From Christensenellaceae bacterium (GTDB taxonomy: Bacteria > Bacillota > Clostridia > Christensenellales > Borkfalkiaceae), in NCBI GenBank assembly GCA_045651465.1, contig JAZRSG010000027.1, forward strand, positions 679 through 64,678: a DNA stretch of 64,000 bases, in the 5' to 3' direction. The notes beneath the pieces were generated by a model. It saw only the letters and a list, made by a program, of their open reading frames with translations, had not been told where the DNA came from and ran no database searches. This document shows positions 54,878 through 64,000 of the stretch, piece after piece (position 1 is the stretch's first letter; each line of letters opens with the position of its first letter). The position numbers and the translations under genes were made by a program.

Positions 54878-55857
54878 AAATCTTACTTTTTTTAATGTTA
54901 TTATGTCTGACATTTTCGGTGATTTTCGGGCATATAATCATACCCATTTTACGAAAAGTTAAGGCAGGACAAACCATATACAAATACGTTGATACGCACA
55001 AAGAAAAAAACGGTACGCCTACGATGGGTGGACTGTTTTTTATTATTCCGTCGGCGATAATTTTCTTAATATTTAGAAGTGAAAGTTCGTATATGTCGCT
55101 CGTTGCCACGACTATTGGACTTGCTTTTATGGCGGTAGGCCTTATTGACGATTTTATAAAAATTAGGTATAAGAAAAATGAAGGATTAAAGGCGTATCAA
55201 AAGATAATTTTTCAAGTTTTAATAGCAACATTGTGCGGTGTGTTTGCATATAAAAACGGAATAACCGTTTTTCATATTCCTTTTTTTAATTATGACGTTG
55301 ATCTGGGTGCTTGGACGATATTTATAGTCGCCGTCGTGTTTATAGCGATGACGAATAGTGTAAATCTTACCGACGGATTAGACGGTCTTGCGTCTAGCGT
55401 TTCGGTCGTATACTTAATATTTTTGATGATTTTAATATTTTTCCAAATGCAAGTAAAAAATCATTTATATCTTATAGAAAGCGAATACTATAATTTAATC
55501 CTTTTGTCAGGGTGTTTAATAGGTGGGTTACTTGGTTTTTTACTTTTTAACACCTCAAAAGCGTCTGTTTTTATGGGGGATACTGGCTCGTTATCACTCG
55601 GCGGTTTTTTGGCTGCGATAAGTATATTTTCATCAAATACTTTTTTTATTCCCGTTTTAGGCATAATGTTCGTCATTTCAAGCATATCGGTAATCATACA
55701 AGTATTTTATTTTAAGAGGACGAGAAAAAGGGTGTTTTTAATGACGCCAATTCATCACCATTTTCAATTAAAGGGTTATAGCGAAGCGAAAATTGTGTTT
55801 TCGTATTCCTCGATAACTTTCGTTATGGGCGCAATATCCGTTATGTTGAGCATTTAA
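54874..55857 (+). CDS. mraY: phospho-N-acetylmuramoyl-pentapeptide transferase
   Basis: TPTMGG, NLTDGLDGLA and PIHHHF motifs. TTG start overlaps the murE stop. Confidence 0.92.
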   Translation: MKILLFLMLLCLTFSVIFGHIIIPILRKVKAGQTIYKYVDTHKEKNGTPTMGGLFFIIPSAIIFLIFRSESSYMSLVATTIGLAFMAVGLIDDFIKIRYKKNEGLKAYQKIIFQVLIATLCGVFAYKNGITVFHIPFFNYDVDLGAWTIFIVAVVFIAMTNSVNLTDGLDGLASSVSVVYLIFLMILIFFQMQVKNHLYLIESEYYNLILLSGCLIGGLLGFLLFNTSKASVFMGDTGSLSLGGFLAAISIFSSNTFFIPVLGIMFVISSISVIIQVFYFKRTRKRVFLMTPIHHHFQLKGYSEAKIVFSYSSITFVMGAISVMLSI

Positions 55858-55865
55858 GGAGTATT

Positions 55866-57227
55866 ATGGATATAAAAAATCAATCTTTTTTAATTTTAGG
55901 CGCATCTAAAAGCGGTTTAGCCGTTGCCAATTATCTTTTAGACAACAAATGCAATTCTTGTTATATTTACGAGCAATTATCAAATGAGCAAATAACGAAA
56001 AATCTAGAAAGTTTGAAAACTAAAGGCGTAGTCGTTGTAAAAGAAAATGAGATTTTAGAAATTTTAGAAAAAATAGCCGTTTTAGTCGTAAGTCCTGGCG
56101 TACCGATAAATCATCCGTTATGCGTTAAAGCTAAAGAGATGAATAAGAGAATTATGGGGGAATTAGAATTTGGTTTTAATGCTTTTATTCCACCCATCAT
56201 CGCCGTTACTGGAACTAACGGCAAAACAACTACGGTGAGCTTAATTGACCAAATATTCAAAAAGACAAAGACGAAGAGCTTTTTACTAGGGAACGTTGGC
56301 GTTCCGTTAACAAGGGAAGTATTGAATATTGAAAAACAAGACGTATGCGTTTTAGAAGTGTCAAGTTTTCAGCTCGAGGGGACAAAAGATTTTTACCCGC
56401 ACGTTTCGTGCGTACTAAATATTTCTCCAGATCATTTAGATAGACACTATACCATGGAAAATTACGTTTTTTTGAAGAAAAAAATATTTTCCAACCAAAA
56501 ACAAAGCGAATATTGCGTGCTAAATTATGACGATCCCATCGTTAATGCTTTTTCTTCTGAAGTTAAGGCGAAAGTCGTTTGGGTGTCAACAAAGGAAAAG
56601 GTTGACGGGGCATATTTATTTGACGGAAAATTGTATTATAAAGGGGAATTTATCATTGACGAGATAGATTTGCCTATTCTAGGAATACATAACGTTTATA
56701 ACGCATTATTTGCCATTGCATGTGTTAAACTTTTTGGCGTCGATACTGAGAGCGTTAGAGGTGGCTTAACTGAATTTAAGGGTATAAAAAATCGTTTGGA
56801 ATTAATTGGCGAAGTTGGTGGCGTGAAATACGTAAACGATTCAAAGGCTACAAACACGGCGTCGACGATAACTGCGTTAAATTCCACGAAAGGATCACTA
56901 ATATTAATCCTTGGCGGTAGCGAAAAAGGAGAAGACTATTCTTTGCTTTTTGAGAAGATTAAAGAAATGTCGATAAAGCACGTTTTAATCACGGGAGATT
57001 CGAGATATAAGATGTACGATAAAGCAGTAAGTGCCGAGCTTAAAAACGTGACGCTAACGAGTACGTTTGAACTCGCCGTAAAGGTCGCTTCGATGAGTGC
57101 AAGCGAAGGGGATACGGTTTTATTGAGTCCAGCGTGTGCGAGTTTTGATGAGTTTTCATCTTACGAAGAAAGAGGAGAAAAATTTAAGGCTATCGTGGAG
57201 GAGTTTAGTGAAAAATTTAATCGCTGA
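55866..57227 (+). CDS. murD: UDP-N-acetylmuramoylalanine--D-glutamate ligase
   Basis: GTNGKTT motif and Mur ligase architecture. Canonical position after mraY. Confidence 0.9.
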   Translation: MDIKNQSFLILGASKSGLAVANYLLDNKCNSCYIYEQLSNEQITKNLESLKTKGVVVVKENEILEILEKIAVLVVSPGVPINHPLCVKAKEMNKRIMGELEFGFNAFIPPIIAVTGTNGKTTTVSLIDQIFKKTKTKSFLLGNVGVPLTREVLNIEKQDVCVLEVSSFQLEGTKDFYPHVSCVLNISPDHLDRHYTMENYVFLKKKIFSNQKQSEYCVLNYDDPIVNAFSSEVKAKVVWVSTKEKVDGAYLFDGKLYYKGEFIIDEIDLPILGIHNVYNALFAIACVKLFGVDTESVRGGLTEFKGIKNRLELIGEVGGVKYVNDSKATNTASTITALNSTKGSLILILGGSEKGEDYSLLFEKIKEMSIKHVLITGDSRYKMYDKAVSAELKNVTLTSTFELAVKVASMSASEGDTVLLSPACASFDEFSSYEERGEKFKAIVEEFSEKFNR

Positions 57228-58338
57228 AAAAGAGCAAACGTTTGAAAAGAAAAAGGGGGACTACGCGCTACTTATTGCCGTAGTTCTTCTTGCCGTTATC
57301 GGCACGATTTTTATATATTCGGCAAGTAATTACTCCGCGGAAGCTACTTATGGCGACGCAACTTATTTTGTGAAAAAACAGGTAATAGGGATTCTTTTAG
57401 GCTTGGTTGCGATGATATTTACCGCAACATTTAACTACCAAAAATTAAAAAAATTGTGTATTCCGCTTTGCGCTATATCGTTTTTGTTGCTCGGATTGGT
57501 TTTCGTTCCATTTATAGGTGTGGAAAACTACGGCGCTAGAAGGTGGATAGGTATTGGTGGATTTACCATTCAACCGTCGGAAATCGCTAAATTTGCGCTT
57601 ATTTTGTTTGGTGCAACGTATCTAACGAAGAATAAGGATAAAGTTAGAACTTTTCTAGGGATTTTGCCCGTACTTATATTTGGCGGAGCAACGTGTTTGC
57701 TTATTATTCTAGAACCAAACATGTCGATAACGGTATGCGTTGCACTTCTTACTTTGACGATTCTTTTCTCGGCGGGGATGAGAATAAAACATTTGATATT
57801 TTTAATTGTTCCGGTTGTTGCGATAGGCGTTGTTTTAATATTGATAGAACCGTATAGACTTTCTAGGCTTATGGCGTTTATTAACCCGTGGTCTAACCCA
57901 AAAGGCGAAGGATATCAATTGCTTCAATCGCTATATGCGCTAGGTTCGGGAGGATTATTTGGAGTGGGATTATTTAATTCGCGTCAAAAATACGCTTTTT
58001 TGCCTTTTGCGGAATCAGATTTTATTCTATCCGTAATCGGCGAAGAGGTAGGGTTTATAGGCTTGGTTTGTTTTTTTGCTCTTTTGTATTTTATCGTTTA
58101 TCGAGGGTTGAAAACAGCGTCTAAAGCCAAAGATGCTTTTGGTTATTTTCTCGTTGTGGGAATAACTATGATTTTCGGAATTCAAACGGTTGTAAATTCT
58201 TTAGTGGTGACTGGAAGTATTCCGCCGACGGGGTTACCACTTCCACTTGTTTCGAGTGGAAATACTTCGATTATAATTTTCATGGCGGAGATGGGAATTA
58301 TATACAACGTTTCAAAGAATGGTTCGTTAACTTTTTAG
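57208..58338 (+). CDS. ftsW: SEDS family peptidoglycan polymerase FtsW/SpoVE
   Basis: Polytopic SEDS sequence (QPSE, SDFI, PLP..S.GG-type motifs). GTG start at 57208 after GGAGGAG. The longer ORF overlaps murD. Confidence 0.88.
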   Translation: MKNLIAEKEQTFEKKKGDYALLIAVVLLAVIGTIFIYSASNYSAEATYGDATYFVKKQVIGILLGLVAMIFTATFNYQKLKKLCIPLCAISFLLLGLVFVPFIGVENYGARRWIGIGGFTIQPSEIAKFALILFGATYLTKNKDKVRTFLGILPVLIFGGATCLLIILEPNMSITVCVALLTLTILFSAGMRIKHLIFLIVPVVAIGVVLILIEPYRLSRLMAFINPWSNPKGEGYQLLQSLYALGSGGLFGVGLFNSRQKYAFLPFAESDFILSVIGEEVGFIGLVCFFALLYFIVYRGLKTASKAKDAFGYFLVVGITMIFGIQTVVNSLVVTGSIPPTGLPLPLVSSGNTSIIIFMAEMGIIYNVSKNGSLTF

Positions 58339-58393
58339 CCTTTTTTTCCATACAATAAACTATCATAAATTCATGACCTATTAGGGGAAAGCT

Positions 58394-59641
58394 ATGGGAA
58401 AATACTTAATAAACGGCGGAAGAAAATTATCGGGCAAAATTAGAGCTGAAAGCGCAAAAAATTCTGTTTTACCTATTTTGGCGGCATCAATATTAACGAG
58501 CGAGCAAGTAGTGATTTTGGATTGTCCGATGATAAGTGACGTCGTTAATATGATAAGTATTTTGCGTTCGATCGGAGTGAAGATTACTCGCTCGGCAAAT
58601 AATTTAATCGTAGACAGTTCTTGTATTAACGATTTTTCGCTTAGCCAAAATCTATCAGGGGAATTAAGGTCGTCGATATATATGATGGGCGCGCTGGTAA
58701 GTAGAGTCAAAAAAGCCAAACTTTACTATCCCGGTGGATGCGATATAGGTCTACGACCTATTGACATACATATAAGCGCACTTAAAAGCTTGGGGGTTTC
58801 AATAGAAGAGCTTGGCGGGGAAATAGTATGTACGGCAGGAAGACTTAAAGGTGCGGATATATATTTGGACTTTCCATCGGTTGGGGCAACCGAGAACGCT
58901 ATACTTGCCGCAGTTAAAGCCGAAGGAAAAACTGAAATACATAACGCGGCGAAAGAGCCTGAGATAATCGACCTAATGAATTTTATAAATTCAATGGGTG
59001 GAAAAGTGTTTGGAGCAGGCACTTCTACAATTCTCGTTGAGGGGGTAAAAAACTTAAGCGGAACGACTTTTAGACCGTCTTTCGATCGTATAGAGGCGGG
59101 AACTTATCTACTTGCGGCTGCAATAACGGGTGGAGAAATAGAAATTTCCAACTGTAATATAAAAAATATCTCTTCTTTAGTACATAAACTTTGCGATAAC
59201 ACTTGTAAAGTTAGGGTAAAAGATGATATAATATATCTAAAAAGTGGGCAAGTGGGTAAATCGTTCAATTTGGAGACTGGACCTTACCCGTGTTTCCCCA
59301 CTGATCTGCAAGCTCCTATGACGGCACTTGCTTGTGTTTCTGAAGGAATCTCCGTTATAACGGAGAACGTTTTTGAAATGAGGTATAAGCACGTTCCCGA
59401 ATTGATTAAAATGGGGGCGGATATTTCGGTAAAAGGAAGAACTGCGATAGTTCGTGGCGTTAAGGGATTAAACGGCGCTAGCGTTCGATGTAGAGATCTT
59501 AGGGGTGGTGCGTCGCTCGTTTTAGCTGGGCTTGCCGCTCGAAATTGTACCGAGATATTAGACGTCTATCACGTTGAGCGTGGATACTTTAATTTAGAAG
59601 AAAAACTTCGAATGATCGGTGCGGACGTCGTTCGCGAATGA
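58394..59641 (+). CDS. murA: UDP-N-acetylglucosamine 1-carboxyvinyltransferase
   Basis: EPSP-synthase-like fold, GGCDIGLRPID active-site region containing the catalytic Cys. Confidence 0.92.
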   Translation: MGKYLINGGRKLSGKIRAESAKNSVLPILAASILTSEQVVILDCPMISDVVNMISILRSIGVKITRSANNLIVDSSCINDFSLSQNLSGELRSSIYMMGALVSRVKKAKLYYPGGCDIGLRPIDIHISALKSLGVSIEELGGEIVCTAGRLKGADIYLDFPSVGATENAILAAVKAEGKTEIHNAAKEPEIIDLMNFINSMGGKVFGAGTSTILVEGVKNLSGTTFRPSFDRIEAGTYLLAAAITGGEIEISNCNIKNISSLVHKLCDNTCKVRVKDDIIYLKSGQVGKSFNLETGPYPCFPTDLQAPMTALACVSEGISVITENVFEMRYKHVPELIKMGADISVKGRTAIVRGVKGLNGASVRCRDLRGGASLVLAGLAARNCTEILDVYHVERGYFNLEEKLRMIGADVVRE

Positions 59642-59663
59642 TCGTCGATTGAAAGGATAACTT

Positions 59664-60431
59664 ATGAAGGCAAAAAGAGTTACGGTAATATTAATAGCGA
59701 TCGCGTTTGTTGCGATTGTAGTTTTATCGTTGGTTTCGATGTTTAGGGTAAAAAAGGTCGAAACCACTTTTGCCGTTGACGAAAACACGGACACGCAAAG
59801 TGTACAAGCAGTTTTAGATGAGTTCAAGGGTAAAAATTTGATGTTTTTTGATACTGAAGAGATCGTCTTAGCTCTTGAAGATTTTTATTATATGGAAGTT
59901 CTTTCCGTTACCAAACATTATCCGAACGTGATAAAAGTTGAAATCAAGGAAAGAAAGGAAATATACTATTTTGAATATGGTAATGACGTTTTCGTTATGG
60001 CGGAAGATGGTTTTGTCGTTAATAAGTATACGAAAGAAGAATTTACCGATGATGGATCGAGAGATATGATTTATCTATCGATAACTGGGCTTGACGTTTC
60101 GGGCGTAGAAGTTGGCAAAATGGTTAAGACCAACGACGATCAAATGTTATCCGTGGTTTTCGATATGGCAAAAAAGGTATTTTTAACGGACTGCATTAAG
60201 ACTATCGAAATTCTTAAGGCGGTAGAAAGGGAAGAAGCGATTTTTTATACGTACACGGGCGTTAAAATAGTTGTGCCTAAGATAAAGGACGACGGGGTTA
60301 AAAAAATAGAGCAAGCGTTTAAGGCTTATGATGAGAGTGAGAACGCGGGCGACTATGAAAAGACCTTTAAGACTATTGAAGTAACCAAGATGGACGACGG
60401 ACAAATTTCCGTTGTTTGGACGAATAGGTAG
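59664..60431 (+). CDS. ftsQ: cell division protein FtsQ/DivIB
   Basis: N-terminal TM anchor and POTRA-like region. Sits before ftsA. Confidence 0.75.
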   Translation: MKAKRVTVILIAIAFVAIVVLSLVSMFRVKKVETTFAVDENTDTQSVQAVLDEFKGKNLMFFDTEEIVLALEDFYYMEVLSVTKHYPNVIKVEIKERKEIYYFEYGNDVFVMAEDGFVVNKYTKEEFTDDGSRDMIYLSITGLDVSGVEVGKMVKTNDDQMLSVVFDMAKKVFLTDCIKTIEILKAVEREEAIFYTYTGVKIVVPKIKDDGVKKIEQAFKAYDESENAGDYEKTFKTIEVTKMDDGQISVVWTNR

Positions 60432-60439
60432 AGGGGATT

Positions 60440-61549
60440 ATGCAAAAGAAACAAGTTGCGGTTATCGACGTTGGATCGTCTAAGATTACTGCGATAATCG
60501 GCGAAAGAGGAGTGAATAAGACCTTCGTTATTAAAGGAAGATATTCTTTTGACTACGATGGGTTTGAAAACGGGACTTTCTTTGATCTAGATAGTTTAAA
60601 GAAAGCGCTTTTTGGTGTTGCAGATGCAATCAAGAATGCACTAAGGAACAAGGTTGGCACGGTGTACGTGGGAGTTCCTGGATCGTTTACCCAGGTTGTG
60701 GTTAACGATAGCCAAATTTCTTTTCCCAAGAAGAAAAAAATTCAAGAGGCAGATATAGACGCGCTTTTTGATTCGGCGTTCGTTTTATCTTCGGCAAAGT
60801 ATACGCTTATTAACCGTTCGGCAATCGTTTATGAACTAGACGATTCGAGGAGAGTTGCAAATCCTATTGGAATTACTAGTGAAATATTGAAAGGTAAACT
60901 CTCGTTCGTTCTTTGCAGTAATTATTTTATCGAGGCGGTAAAATCAACGCTTAGCACTGCGGGGATTAACGATATTGAATGCGTTTCTTCCGCTCTTGCC
61001 GAGGCTCTTTATTTAATCGATGCGGAAAGAAGAGATCGTATAGCTATTCTAGTTGACGTTGGATATATTGCCACGACTTTCAATATTATACAAGGCGACG
61101 GAATTATATACCAAAAATCATTTGATTATGGTGGTGGATATATCACTGCGACGTTGATGCAAGAACTTGAGGTTTCTTTTGACGTTGCAGAAAGCATTAA
61201 GAAAAAAGCTAACCTTGCCGAAATTAGCACGTCGGCATACGACGTTATCGAGGGGGATAACGGACAAGTTTATTCGTTAGAAAAAGTTAAGAAAGCAATA
61301 AAGGCAAGTCTTGACGATCTTTGCGAGAATCTCAGTTATTCGCTAGAATATTCAGGTTATATCGTTCCCGATTACGTTACCATGATGATTACCGGTGGCG
61401 GAATTTCATACATTAGAGGGGCAAAAGAACACGTTTCTGGTAGACTTAATACCGTCGTTGAAGTAATTGCTCCGGCAGTACCAATGATGGATAAACCCGA
61501 GCAATCAAATATCTTATCGTTACTTGATTTGGCTTTAGACCAAAATTAA
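60440..61549 (+). CDS. ftsA: cell division protein FtsA (short form, 369 aa)
   Basis: Actin-like ATPase motifs (IDVGSSKI, VDVGY, ITGGG). Sits before ftsZ. Confidence 0.85.
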   Translation: MQKKQVAVIDVGSSKITAIIGERGVNKTFVIKGRYSFDYDGFENGTFFDLDSLKKALFGVADAIKNALRNKVGTVYVGVPGSFTQVVVNDSQISFPKKKKIQEADIDALFDSAFVLSSAKYTLINRSAIVYELDDSRRVANPIGITSEILKGKLSFVLCSNYFIEAVKSTLSTAGINDIECVSSALAEALYLIDAERRDRIAILVDVGYIATTFNIIQGDGIIYQKSFDYGGGYITATLMQELEVSFDVAESIKKKANLAEISTSAYDVIEGDNGQVYSLEKVKKAIKASLDDLCENLSYSLEYSGYIVPDYVTMMITGGGISYIRGAKEHVSGRLNTVVEVIAPAVPMMDKPEQSNILSLLDLALDQN

Positions 61550-61584
61550 ATATAGGAAATTTACTTTTTTAGAAGGAGAAAAAT

Positions 61585-62781
61585 ATGTTCGATCAAATAT
61601 ATCAACAAGACAACTTAAAAGCAAGTTCTGCAGTTATTAAAGTTGTAGGTATTGGCGGTGGCGGATGCAACGCCGTTAATAGCATGATAGATTCTAACGT
61701 TGCTAGCGCAGATTTTATCGCTATTAATACCGATAACCAAGCGTTACTTATGTCAAAAGCGCAAAAGCGCATTCAAATAGGGGATAGATTGACTAAAGGT
61801 CTTGGAGCAGGTAGTAATCCCAGTATTGGTGAGGCTGCTGCTGAAGAATCTAAAGAGGAAATCGCTCAAATGCTTGAAGGAACCGACCTTTTATTCATTG
61901 CCGCAGGTATGGGCGGTGGAACGGGTACGGGCGCTGCGTCAGTCGTTGCAAGAATTGCTAGAGAATTAGATATTTTAACGGTTGCAGTCGTAACTAAACC
62001 CTTCTCTTTTGAAGGTCGTGTAAGACAAGAAAATGCGGTAAAGGGTATTGCAAATCTTCGCAAATACGTTGATACGTTAGTGATTATTCCTAACGATAAA
62101 CTTTTACAATTCCTTCCCGCACAAACGGGTATGCTCGATGCGTTTAAGGTGGCAGACGAAATGTTAAAGCAAGGTATCGTAGGTATAGTTGATCTTATTG
62201 CAACACCGTCGCTTATTAACCTAGACTTTGCAGACGTTAACACCGTTATGCGTAATCAAGGCCTAGCACATATGGGTGTTGGTCGTGCACGTGGTGAAAA
62301 TAGGGTTATTGAGTCGGTAAGACAAGCCGTTTCAAGTCCTTTACTTGAAACTACTATTGAAGGCGCTAAATCGGTTATTTTGAACGTTACGGGTGGAAAA
62401 GACTTAACGCTTGGTGAAGTAAACGAAGCGGCAGTGCTTATTCAAGGTATTATCGATGCGTCAGCTAATATTATCTTTGGTGCAACCATCGACGAAGGAA
62501 TTACCGATGAAGTTAAAATTACCGTTATTGCTACCGGCTTTGCATCAAACGCCGAAAGAGAAAATGCGGAAATTGAAATCAAACCTGCAATTTCAGTTAG
62601 AACCGAAGTGCCTCAAAATATTGCTCCCGCCGTTGAAACTCAGGTGGAAGAAATTGCTGAAGAACCCGTGGTAGAAGTTGCACCGGTAATTGAAAGTACA
62701 CCCGTGGTAGAAGAACCCGCTCCCGAAGAAAAAAAGGGAAGAGAACTTCCTGCGTTTATGAGAAAATTGTTTAAGAAATAA
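61585..62781 (+). CDS. ftsZ: cell division protein FtsZ
   Basis: GGGGCNA and GGGTGTGA tubulin signature. C-terminal LPAFMRKLF peptide. Confidence 0.95.
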   Translation: MFDQIYQQDNLKASSAVIKVVGIGGGGCNAVNSMIDSNVASADFIAINTDNQALLMSKAQKRIQIGDRLTKGLGAGSNPSIGEAAAEESKEEIAQMLEGTDLLFIAAGMGGGTGTGAASVVARIARELDILTVAVVTKPFSFEGRVRQENAVKGIANLRKYVDTLVIIPNDKLLQFLPAQTGMLDAFKVADEMLKQGIVGIVDLIATPSLINLDFADVNTVMRNQGLAHMGVGRARGENRVIESVRQAVSSPLLETTIEGAKSVILNVTGGKDLTLGEVNEAAVLIQGIIDASANIIFGATIDEGITDEVKITVIATGFASNAERENAEIEIKPAISVRTEVPQNIAPAVETQVEEIAEEPVVEVAPVIESTPVVEEPAPEEKKGRELPAFMRKLFKK

Positions 62782-62797
62782 TTAATGTTAAAATAAA

Positions 62798-62825
62798 ATC
62801 CACCAGTAGCACTGGTGGATTTTTC
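62798..62825. terminator. terminator after ftsZ (usable on both strands)
   Basis: ATCCACCAGT/ACTGGTGGAT stem with flanking A/T runs. Confidence 0.75.
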
Positions 62826-62828
62826 TTT

Positions 62829-62846
62829 TGGTGAAAGTGGCGAGAC
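62829..62846 (-). repeat. degenerate copy of the tRNA-Pro(GGG) 3-prime end
   Basis: TGGTGAAAGTGGCGAGAC versus TGGTCGGAGTAGCGAGAC at 62960-62977 (14 of 18 identical). Confidence 0.45.
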
Positions 62847-62923
62847 GCTACTACGTTATCGCTCCGTAAAACTCACTGCGTTCGTATTAGAACTACGTTA
62901 AAGCCACACTTAGCCTAAGCGAA

Positions 62924-62955
62924 ACAAAAAAAGACAGCCTAAAGACTGTCTTTTT
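62924..62955 (-). terminator. terminator of tRNA-Pro(GGG)
   Basis: AAAGACAG/CTGTCTTT stem followed by T7 on the minus strand. Confidence 0.65.
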
Positions 62956-62959
62956 ATGT

Positions 62960-63035
62960 TGGTCGGAGTAGCGAGACTTGAACTCACGGCCTCTTGCCCC
63001 CCAGACAAGCGCGCTACCAACTGCGCCATACCCCG
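62960..63035 (-). tRNA. tRNA-Pro (anticodon GGG)
   Basis: Acceptor CGGGGTA/TACTCCG, anticodon loop CTGGGGG, T-arm GTGAG-TTCAAGT-CTCGC, encoded CCA. Confidence 0.9.
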
Positions 63036-63155
63036 ACTGCGAGAATTATTGTATCACAACTTTTTTTATTTTGCAACAAAATAAACGCAAATTATTTACT
63101 CTTTTTAAAATAAATGTTACAATGTTGATAGACACCTATTTATTAAGGAAGAATT

Positions 63156-63827
63156 ATGCGAATTAGAAGAAAAAAACACTTGTTTGAGAGACTTGATGCA
63201 GTAAAAGATTATATAATTTCACTTCCCAAAGAAATTCCAAACGTAAAAGAGGCGATCAAAGATAAGCATTATCTGGATTTTAAGACCATTTTTGGTAACG
63301 ATAACGCCGTGGAACTAGAAATTGGTTGTGGAAAAGGTGGATTTATCGTTCAAAAAGCAATTGAAAATCCTTGCGTTAACTATATTGCGGTTGAATTACT
63401 TCAAAACGTTATGGTTATGGCGGTTGAATACGCGAAAAGGGAAAACCTTTCTAATCTAAGATTTATTAACACGGGCGCGGAATATTTACCTAGATATTTT
63501 GAGGATAATTCAATCCAAAATATATATTTGAATTTTTCCACACCTTATCCACCGAATAGCTACGAGTCGCATAGACTTACTTGTGATAGGTTTTTATCCG
63601 CTTACAAAAATTATTTGGTTCCTAGCGGTATGGTTTATCAAAAGACTGACGATAAGGATTTTTATGATTATTCCTTTTGGAAGTTTAAGGAAAACGGCTA
63701 CGAAGTAAGTGACGTTTCAAACGATATCGACGAGGGGAAGATATATAATATTGAAACGGAGTATGAAAAAAAGTTTAGAGCAATCGGTAAAAAGATATAT
63801 GCTTTAACTGCAAAAAACGTTAAATAA
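63156..63827 (+). CDS. trmB: tRNA (guanine46-N7)-methyltransferase
   Basis: LEIGCGKGGF SAM motif and TrmB-like sequence. 223 aa. Confidence 0.85.
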   Translation: MRIRRKKHLFERLDAVKDYIISLPKEIPNVKEAIKDKHYLDFKTIFGNDNAVELEIGCGKGGFIVQKAIENPCVNYIAVELLQNVMVMAVEYAKRENLSNLRFINTGAEYLPRYFEDNSIQNIYLNFSTPYPPNSYESHRLTCDRFLSAYKNYLVPSGMVYQKTDDKDFYDYSFWKFKENGYEVSDVSNDIDEGKIYNIETEYEKKFRAIGKKIYALTAKNVK

Positions 63828-63844
63828 TATACGAGGAGATTATC

Positions 63845-64000
63845 ATGAGAAAGAATCTAAAACCTAAGGCTTACGTTTATCCGTTGCCAGTTTTAATCAT
63901 TGGAACGTATGATGAAAATGGCGTTGCCGACGCTATGAATGCTGCGTGGGGAACCGTTTGTGATACTGCCGAGGTTTCGATATGTTTGTCGGCTGATCAT
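63845..64000 (+). CDS. flavin reductase family protein (N-terminal part; continues beyond the window)
   Basis: YPLPVLIIGTYDENG...NAAWG is typical of FMN-binding split-barrel flavin reductases. GGAG RBS. Confidence 0.6.
   Translation, partial: MRKNLKPKAYVYPLPVLIIGTYDENGVADAMNAAWGTVCDTAEVSICLSADH

Noticed and set aside
62978-63166. 62-aa plus-strand ORF.
   Set aside because: It overlaps tRNA-Pro(GGG) and the trmB promoter region.
1-64000. CRISPR arrays, IS elements or transposases, integrases, prophage genes, toxin-antitoxin pairs, rRNA operons.
   Set aside because: No regularly spaced repeat arrays were seen. No ORF had recombinase, transposase or phage hallmark motifs. No rRNA-like sequence was seen anywhere in the window.

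Overview
Low-GC chromosomal segment of a spore-forming Firmicute (Clostridia-like), dense in housekeeping genes. Left to right: the tail of a 2-oxoacid dehydrogenase cluster (E3, a fused E1 alpha/beta, LplA); a gerA-type germinant receptor operon; TetR plus a P1B-type metal ATPase; an AT-rich one-gene islet (PD-(D/E)XK nuclease) beside tRNA-Glu; comEC-holA-cdaA; DUF1015 and aspartate kinase; malic enzyme; tRNA-Pro(CGG); nhaC; an alcohol dehydrogenase and maf; serC-serA; RNase J; a trmR-like methyltransferase with a U32 peptidase; TetR-DegV; TetR next to feoAB; copA; a two-component system; gtrA; a glycerol-3-phosphate oxidoreductase cluster ending in glpP; an SGNH hydrolase; a cation/proton antiporter; tRNA-Ser(CGA); lgt; rpsT; murI; a dcw cluster (mraZ to ftsZ); tRNA-Pro(GGG); trmB. 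I saw no CRISPR array, rRNA, transposase, integrase or recognisable multi-gene defence system. The most unusual signals are non-coding. Three of the four tRNA genes are followed by a copy of their own 3-prime end, which resembles an integrase att scar but flanks only 80-240 bp of DNA. One such insert is packed with perfect hairpins. There is also a structured region with its own promoter upstream of tRNA-Glu, and the AT-rich nuclease islet. I found no clear novel multi-gene system, and all functional calls rest on motif recognition by eye.
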